64,000 bases of DNA, from positions 124,001-188,000 of IMG/VR virus record IMGVR_UViG_3300002143_000235. One strand, 5' to 3'. Under the pieces are notes generated by a model that saw only the letters and a program-made list of their open reading frames with translations, searched no databases and was not told the origin of the DNA. Each line of letters opens with the position of its first letter. The first letter of the stretch is position 1. Both the position numbers and the translations under genes were made by a program. Below, piece after piece: positions 57,983 to 64,000 of this stretch.

Positions 57983-58923
57983 TAAAAAAATTTGATTTTG
58001 ATGACATAAACCTCATTCCACAAAAATGTATTGTTGATTCACGATCTGAGTGTGATACAACTGTAACACTTGGAAAACATACATTTAAAATACCTGTTGT
58101 TCCAGCAAATATGAGTGCTGTTATTGACCCAAATGTTGCTGAAAGACTAGCACAAAATGGTTTCTTTTATATCATGCATAGATTTAATATTGATCCTATA
58201 GTTTTTGTGTCAGAATTCAAAGCACGTAATCTTGTTACTTCAATATCTATTGGTGTAAATGACGCAGATTATAAAATGATAGGTGAACTTTCTGCACGAA
58301 ATTTATGTCCTAATTTTATCACTGTTGATATTGCTCATGGTCACTCTACAAAAATGGAACGCATGCTTGCATTCATAAAGAATAATTTACCTGATGCTTT
58401 TATTATTGCTGGAAATGTATCTACTAGAGAAGCAGCTACAGCTTTAGCAGATTGGGGTGCAGATGCTGTCAAAGTTGGAATTGCTCCAGGTCACGCTTGT
58501 ACAACAGCATTTGCTACAGGTTTTGGTTCTAGAAATTGTCAAGCATCAACAATTCATGATATTGCACAATATTGTAAAGTACCAGTAATTGCTGATGGTG
58601 GTATTAAACATCCATCAGATATCGTTAAATCAATTGTTATGGGCGCAACAATGGTAATGTGTGGAAATCTAATGAGTGGTTGTTCTGACTCACCAGGTGA
58701 GCTTAAAACAATCAATGGTGAGCAATTTAAAGAATATTGGGGAAGTGCATCGGATCGACAGGATGGAAAATCCAATAGAATTGAAGGTACAACAAAACTA
58801 ATACCATATAAGAACAAAACAGTTCTTCAACAGATGATCTATCTTAAAGAGTGTCTACAATCAGCTATTTCTTATGGTGGTGGAAAGAATTTACAATCAC
58901 TAGCTTATGTAAGATGGCATTAA
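57979..58923 (+). CDS. guaC: GMP reductase (GuaC type 2)
   Basis: SRSECDT, VPANM, DIAHGHS, KVGIAPGHACTT, ADGGI and LQSAISYGGG. Confidence 0.92.
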   Translation: MIKKFDFDDINLIPQKCIVDSRSECDTTVTLGKHTFKIPVVPANMSAVIDPNVAERLAQNGFFYIMHRFNIDPIVFVSEFKARNLVTSISIGVNDADYKMIGELSARNLCPNFITVDIAHGHSTKMERMLAFIKNNLPDAFIIAGNVSTREAATALADWGADAVKVGIAPGHACTTAFATGFGSRNCQASTIHDIAQYCKVPVIADGGIKHPSDIVKSIVMGATMVMCGNLMSGCSDSPGELKTINGEQFKEYWGSASDRQDGKSNRIEGTTKLIPYKNKTVLQQMIYLKECLQSAISYGGGKNLQSLAYVRWH

Positions 58924-58924
58924 T

Positions 58925-58954
58925 AAAAAAGCTGATCAATGATCAGCTTTTTTT
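58925..58954. terminator. Bidirectional terminator
   Basis: AAAAAAGCTGATCA-A-TGATCAGCTTTTTT. Confidence 0.85.
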
Positions 58955-58956
58955 AT

Positions 58957-59304
58957 TTAATTGACTTCAAAAGTTCGAATAATGGTATACATATTTAAAA
59001 GATCTGTTTCATTCATTTTGTATCGTTTATTTTTATAACGACGCCAATAATTAATGTTTGATTTTTCTTCTTTGTAATCAGCATGATTTTTACCCAATGA
59101 CTCTACAGCATCTTCTCTACTTTTTAGAACATCTTCAAAAGGTTTAAAGGAATGGTAATCACCATCTGTATCCCATATTTCAACATGAAAGTATTTTGAT
59201 CCATTAACATCAATAAACTCTATACAATCAATATCAAGTGAACCTGGTGTTTCCCGGTTTTTGAATTCTAATTTATGTTTGATCAGTCTTTTAATTTCTT
59301 TCAT
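58957..59304 (-). CDS. Hypothetical protein
   Basis: ORF in the minus-strand early region. Confidence 0.65.
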   Translation of the reverse strand: MKEIKRLIKHKLEFKNRETPGSLDIDCIEFIDVNGSKYFHVEIWDTDGDYHSFKPFEDVLKSREDAVESLGKNHADYKEEKSNINYWRRYKNKRYKMNETDLLNMYTIIRTFEVN

Positions 59305-59750
59305 TCTGTAAGTTTTTTGATATCAGCATCAGTCAACTTCATATCATATTGAAAGAGAACAAGAATACCGAAAATATAATGAGTTCGATTCTTTTTCAGA
59401 TTTGTATTTTGAAAGTAATCATTTGTTACAACAAAATCACCACGCATTGTAGTTACTCTCGAATAGAAGTATCCAAGTGGTTTGATCAAACATGACCAGA
59501 CAAACATGAATGTATAAGTTTTAAATCGAAGCATAACAAATTGACGATTTAATTTCCGTGTAACATCTTCATTTGTCATTCCAGCAACAATCACTAAGTT
59601 ATCTCGTAATTTCTGAATGACTTCTGATTTGTTAGATAGCATTTTGACAAACTGTGCATACAGTTTCCAATATGTCAAATATCCACCAAATTTCTGTGTG
59701 AACTTATTGTCCACACTATTCCGGCTTACTGTATGTGTACGAGTTATCAT
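59301..59750 (-). CDS. Hypothetical early protein
   Basis: TATCTTTG-TAATGTTCAATTAA upstream (minus). Confidence 0.7.
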   Translation of the reverse strand: MITRTHTVSRNSVDNKFTQKFGGYLTYWKLYAQFVKMLSNKSEVIQKLRDNLVIVAGMTNEDVTRKLNRQFVMLRFKTYTFMFVWSCLIKPLGYFYSRVTTMRGDFVVTNDYFQNTNLKKNRTHYIFGILVLFQYDMKLTDADIKKLTE

Positions 59751-59806
59751 ATCTTCTTATTAATTGAACATTACAAAGATAGGATAATTTTTGACATAAA
59801 GAAATT

Positions 59807-60370
59807 TTATGCGATCTTTTTATCAAAGAAAACTTCGTAATGGTCTTTTGAAAAGAATCCACGTTTTTTTACAGTTGATATATCACCTGGTTTTGTATGT
59901 TCGGTGGACACCATACGATTGTTTGCAATTTCTTTTTGAAGTGCTTTCATCCAAACTTTAAATGATGTCTTCACCCATGAACCATATTCTTGAATAACAT
60001 CAGGGCGTTTCACATGACTACCAAGATGATGCCAAAACTCTTCTTCTGGTTTAATATCGAATTTATGGTAATGTGCATTGAGAATTTTTAATTCTTTCTT
60101 ATTGTACTTATCCCAATCAATTTCACCATCAGTACCACGAAATTTTTCAGGATCTGGTGTGATAAAAGTTTTCGGTTGAGTATTAGGAAGACAACCTATA
60201 ATGAAGCGTTCCTGCAGTGTATATGGCATTGCATAGAAACCATAATTTGTAGGTGGTGCGTGAAACGAATGATCGTCACTGTATGCTTGATTCGCTGTAT
60301 GTCCTTTTTGTTTTACAGGTCCAAGAGTTCCAAAGCGAACGAAAGTACGATATTTTGTTTCTTTTGCCAT
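59807..60370 (-). CDS. Hypothetical early protein
   Basis: FHAPP..YGFYAMP motif. TATCTTTG at 60391-60384. Confidence 0.7.
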   Translation of the reverse strand: MAKETKYRTFVRFGTLGPVKQKGHTANQAYSDDHSFHAPPTNYGFYAMPYTLQERFIIGCLPNTQPKTFITPDPEKFRGTDGEIDWDKYNKKELKILNAHYHKFDIKPEEEFWHHLGSHVKRPDVIQEYGSWVKTSFKVWMKALQKEIANNRMVSTEHTKPGDISTVKKRGFFSKDHYEVFFDKKIA

Positions 60371-60412
60371 AATTTTAATAACACAAAGATAAAAGAAAAA
60401 ATGATATATTTA

Positions 60413-61108
60413 TTAAATCATTGGAATTTTTATTGGAGTATTGACATATTTATCAATATTCTTATTCATATACGTATTTAAAACTAATACATCATCATTT
60501 GCTAGTTTATCTATAAATGTCTTCACATAATCTTTTGCATTATTAATACAACATTCAAGATAAACATTGTGTATATTTTTGGTGTATTGTGGATAATATG
60601 ATGGACCATCTATAATTGGACATTGTTTAATAAATGTTTCAGCATATTTTTCAGCTTCGTATTCATGAATAAAATCAGGTCGTGTGTCATCAAGATGTTG
60701 ACACATATAATGACCTATTTCATGAAGCCATGTCCAAACATCCATAAGTTTTGTTATCTCTGGTAAAATAATATAGATTTTACCAAATTCAAATTTATTA
60801 CTTAAATGTTGATATATTTCTCGATTTAAATGTTTAGCATTAAAATGTTTAAAATATTTTGAATTCTGCCTAAAAATTATACCACCACATGTATTTGGAG
60901 CAATATAAACATTATCAAGATCAAATCCTGAATCAAGTAAACAGGCTTCAGCAAATTCTTTATAAACTTCAACTTGTGCCTGTTTTATAATTTCAACACT
61001 TTTATCATGCTGTTTATAAGCTTTGTATTTTTGTATTAATTGTATAAAAGCTAATACAAGTGTACAAGAGCCAATAAAAAACATTAAGAATATCAATAAT
61101 GTAAACAT
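60413..61108 (-). CDS. Membrane-anchored HExxH metallopeptidase-like protein (ImmA/IrrE-like)
   Basis: N-terminal TM segment and WLHEIGH...EYEAEKYA. Confidence 0.65.
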   Translation of the reverse strand: MFTLLIFLMFFIGSCTLVLAFIQLIQKYKAYKQHDKSVEIIKQAQVEVYKEFAEACLLDSGFDLDNVYIAPNTCGGIIFRQNSKYFKHFNAKHLNREIYQHLSNKFEFGKIYIILPEITKLMDVWTWLHEIGHYMCQHLDDTRPDFIHEYEAEKYAETFIKQCPIIDGPSYYPQYTKNIHNVYLECCINNAKDYVKTFIDKLANDDVLVLNTYMNKNIDKYVNTPIKIPMI

Positions 61109-61116
61109 ATTAAAAA

Positions 61117-61569
61117 TTATTGGTAGATAGCTTTAAATATTCCAATGTACTTATTTTTGTCCATAACTGCACCATTCATTTTAATGACTTTCATATCATC
61201 AACACGGTCGCAGATTCGGTCACATACAATTCGATTTGAAAATTTATAATCAAAATCAGTTGGATTCCAATCATTATATAAATCATCTGGTAGATTATGG
61301 AACATGTCATCAGTCATAGTAACTGCAACATTTCGTGTAATTAATTCGTTTCGTAGTTCGTTGAAACGATCATGTAGAAATTTTAGCTTGTCATAAAAGA
61401 ATACAACATGTCCTGTACCTAATCTAAATTGAATTGGTTGATCAACTTTACGAACACGATCTGGATTGGATCGTACAGCATTTGGTATTCGAACTATCTC
61501 ACGGTATTCAGCCATCAGATGTTGATCACATAAATGTGCTGGTCGTATCTTTGCGTTTATTCTTGTCAT
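61117..61569 (-). CDS. denV: Pyrimidine-dimer DNA glycosylase (T4 endonuclease V)
   Basis: MTRIN..., L.DQHLMAEYREI.R and FRLGTGHVVFFYDKL.FL..R...L..E. Confidence 0.92.
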   Translation of the reverse strand: MTRINAKIRPAHLCDQHLMAEYREIVRIPNAVRSNPDRVRKVDQPIQFRLGTGHVVFFYDKLKFLHDRFNELRNELITRNVAVTMTDDMFHNLPDDLYNDWNPTDFDYKFSNRIVCDRICDRVDDMKVIKMNGAVMDKNKYIGIFKAIYQ

Positions 61570-61629
61570 GTTTTATATTTGTATAACAATTAATAATGAA
61601 AACAAATATAAGAAAAAAATCGATATTGA

Positions 61630-62349
61630 TTATTTGTTTAACATTTTATTAAAAGCTAATAAAACTGTAAGCTGATAGTGATCAAGTTTACTTTCTACAT
61701 ATGCTGCATCGACTTTAGTAATTCCGCCATATCTAAAGTTCAATAATTCACCAACAATAGATGCGTTTGTATCAGTATCACCACCACACTCTATAGCTCG
61801 AATGATTCCTTCTTGTGGTGTTGAACATTGTGCAGCAAGATTCAAACAAAATTTTACTGTATCATCAGCACGTACTTTGAATTTTTTAAACGGTTTAACT
61901 TGAGCAAGCCGTTTGTTGTATTGCTCAGTATAAGCTAAATACAATTTGTAAACAGCTTCGTATGATACGGTGTGTTTATGTGATCCACGAAGTGTGTCAA
62001 AAAGTTGTGGAAGTGGATCTTGAATGTACATCAATGGACTTACACGCATCAAACAACCATTTCCAAATGAATCAACAACATCAAGACCATCACCAGTTAA
62101 CCAAGCTTTGAATCCTTTTCCATAGTGATCACCATTGTACAGATTTCCCCATCTGTGATAATTTTCAGTAAAATCAAATCCAAGCATCATTGCTTCAGCT
62201 GTTGCGAGTGTCATGATTGTGTCATCAGTGATAACTGAATTGGGATTATGTAAATTTACATTTGTATAATCACCTCTCATCGAAGGAAATTCAAATGGTT
62301 GACCAACAAGATCTCCTAGAATTGCACCGTATAATTTATATTTTGTCAT
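61630..62349 (-). CDS. ADP-ribosylglycohydrolase (ARH/DraG family)
   Basis: GAILGD..G..FEF, TDDT.MT, SFGNGCLMRVSP and GGDTDTNASIVG. Confidence 0.9.
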   Translation of the reverse strand: MTKYKLYGAILGDLVGQPFEFPSMRGDYTNVNLHNPNSVITDDTIMTLATAEAMMLGFDFTENYHRWGNLYNGDHYGKGFKAWLTGDGLDVVDSFGNGCLMRVSPLMYIQDPLPQLFDTLRGSHKHTVSYEAVYKLYLAYTEQYNKRLAQVKPFKKFKVRADDTVKFCLNLAAQCSTPQEGIIRAIECGGDTDTNASIVGELLNFRYGGITKVDAAYVESKLDHYQLTVLLAFNKMLNK

Positions 62350-62588
62350 TTTGTGTTAGTAAATAATATGCTAAATATATTAATAGGAACAGTAATACAA
62401 GCCCTGTCTGTATCAGGTGTATAAAAACAATCAATTTTCCTTCTCAATATAATGTCATCGTCAGTTAGTGTATGACCCAATTCAATTTTTTGAATTAATT
62501 CAAGAAATTGAAAAACAGTTGTATCCTGTCTAGGAGAAATATATACTGAGATTGTTGATGCAGTTTTTGGTTTTAAAAGTGTTTTCAT
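62346..62588 (-). CDS. Hypothetical protein
   Basis: Coupled ORF. Confidence 0.6.
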   Translation of the reverse strand: MKTLLKPKTASTISVYISPRQDTTVFQFLELIQKIELGHTLTDDDIILRRKIDCFYTPDTDRACITVPINIFSILFTNTK

Positions 62589-63232
62589 ACTCCAAGTGCT
62601 TTATCTTTATCATTTTCTGTAAATCCATCAAGTCCTGGTATTGAATCCATCTGTTTGATTTTAACTTGTTCCAGTTTAAAATCTTCCTGAATAGGATTAA
62701 GATTGCGTCTGATTGGAAGATTTGTTTTTGCATCAATCCATTCACCGTGCTTCCCACTATTTATATCATAGTATTTAGAGTAAAAATCATCAACAGTTTG
62801 CACAAGAACAAATGATCCTTGACCAACTACAAGTTCACATACATATCCATGAAGAATATAGGCAGATTGTGTAAACATTCCACCAAACTTCCACATATCT
62901 TCTTCTGGAACATGCACATCATTAATCTGTGCAGCATCAAAGATAAGATATATTAATAGTTCAGGAGCATCATAGTGTCCCATTTTTGTACTACGATCTT
63001 TGTAAGCTTCTGAATCATACTTTGCTTTAACAGCTTTGACAAATGCATCAAATCCTATTGGATCATCTTTAAAACGATCTAATAGACGTTGTGCTTGATT
63101 TCCTTCCATATCTCGCTTATCATGGGCTTTCTTAAAGAATGCTTTTGCTTCAGCTAATTTTTCAGGATCTTCTAACTCTTTGATTACACGATCAAGTAGA
63201 CTTAATGTTTCTTTATTATTCTGATCTTTCAT
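62585..63232 (-). CDS. Hypothetical early protein
   Basis: TATATTTG at 63245-63238 (minus). Confidence 0.7.
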   Translation of the reverse strand: MKDQNNKETLSLLDRVIKELEDPEKLAEAKAFFKKAHDKRDMEGNQAQRLLDRFKDDPIGFDAFVKAVKAKYDSEAYKDRSTKMGHYDAPELLIYLIFDAAQINDVHVPEEDMWKFGGMFTQSAYILHGYVCELVVGQGSFVLVQTVDDFYSKYYDINSGKHGEWIDAKTNLPIRRNLNPIQEDFKLEQVKIKQMDSIPGLDGFTENDKDKALGV

Positions 63233-63253
63233 AAGTACAAATATAACAATAAA

Positions 63254-64000
63254 TTATTTAGAAAAATATTCATGAACAGCATAAACAATTGCAACAGTAT
63301 CACAATCGTAATGTCCTGAACAATTGATGCAATTGATCTCAACAACTTTGAATCCTTCATTTGTAATAGCAATGTCAATAACAAATGCATCAGCTGGTTG
63401 ATATGTATCAATCATTTCTTGGGCAAAGGTAAACAATTCTAGTTCAGCATGAATATTTGTTCGTTCAGTTATTACACGCATATTGATCATGTACTGTGAC
63501 GCAGAGATGATCTTTCCATCAACCACAAAGAAACGTACTTCACGGAAGATATCTTTACGGGAACAGATTTGAACAGGCGTATCAGCATTGAGCGCACCGG
63601 TATGCACATTATTCAATGCCCATTCAACATATTCATCCCATGATTCTTTTGTAAATACCTGACCTGTGAATGCTTTGTTGTCTTCACACGGTCTAGCAAA
63701 AAATAAGTATCCAGGTTCTTTGAATGTATCAGAAAATTTGATAATCTGAGAATCGTGGTTAAGCATATGTGTACCATAGTGTGGAGCATAGATGCGGTAA
63801 TCATGGTTGTCATTATGCATTGAACCAGGTGACCATCCGTATTTTTTCGCAATATGAGCCATTTTTACAGTTCCCCAACAAAATACATCCTTTGTGTCAA
63901 AAGACTCGTGTATGATGTCCTGTGTGAACGGTACGATATGCACAGACTGGTACGGATACTCTAATCCTTCGAATGCATCGATGATTGACTGATACTTTGC
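63254..64000 (-). CDS. ATP-grasp protein (R2K/DUF4343-like), start beyond window
   Basis: FARP..D.KAFTG.V, EVRFFVVDGKIISASQY and FVIDIA......VVEIN. Frame open to the window end. Confidence 0.8.
   Translation of the reverse strand, partial: AKYQSIIDAFEGLEYPYQSVHIVPFTQDIIHESFDTKDVFCWGTVKMAHIAKKYGWSPGSMHNDNHDYRIYAPHYGTHMLNHDSQIIKFSDTFKEPGYLFFARPCEDNKAFTGQVFTKESWDEYVEWALNNVHTGALNADTPVQICSRKDIFREVRFFVVDGKIISASQYMINMRVITERTNIHAELELFTFAQEMIDTYQPADAFVIDIAITNEGFKVVEINCINCSGHYDCDTVAIVYAVHEYFSK

Overview
A 64-kb AT-rich segment of a large (jumbo-type) T4-like myophage. Repeated TAnnTTTG promoter elements suggest a Bacteroidota (Flavobacterium/Bacteroides-type) host. Structural genes are scattered: tail sheath C-terminus, tail tube, and gp26/gp51/gp6/gp53/gp27/gp5-like baseplate proteins. 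Replication and repair genes include a sliding clamp, a gp47-like nuclease, primase and DenV. Also present are an ECF sigma factor, GMP reductase and ClpP beside a tmRNA with a 35-residue tag. A CCA-less tRNA array (Leu/Ile/Thr/Cys/CAT) is interleaved with unclassified structured RNAs and lies near a CCA-adding enzyme. There is also an ADP-ribosylation toolkit: WGR-PARP, Tpt1/KptA with an in-frame TGA, an ART-like protein and an ADP-ribosylglycohydrolase. The standout observation is a 23-codon leader ORF (25706-25777) upstream of the tRNA array. Its codons 4-17 encode only Leu/Ile/Thr/Cys/Met, the same amino acids as the downstream tRNAs, using 13 different codons. Its 3' end can pair with the 5' arm of the following terminator. 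This looks like a ribosome-stalling attenuator that switches on phage tRNA supply when those tRNAs are scarce. Three promoter classes are also visible (host-type TAnnTTTG, AAAC-N18-TATA, ATATATA). Product calls come from motif recognition by eye, not database searches.
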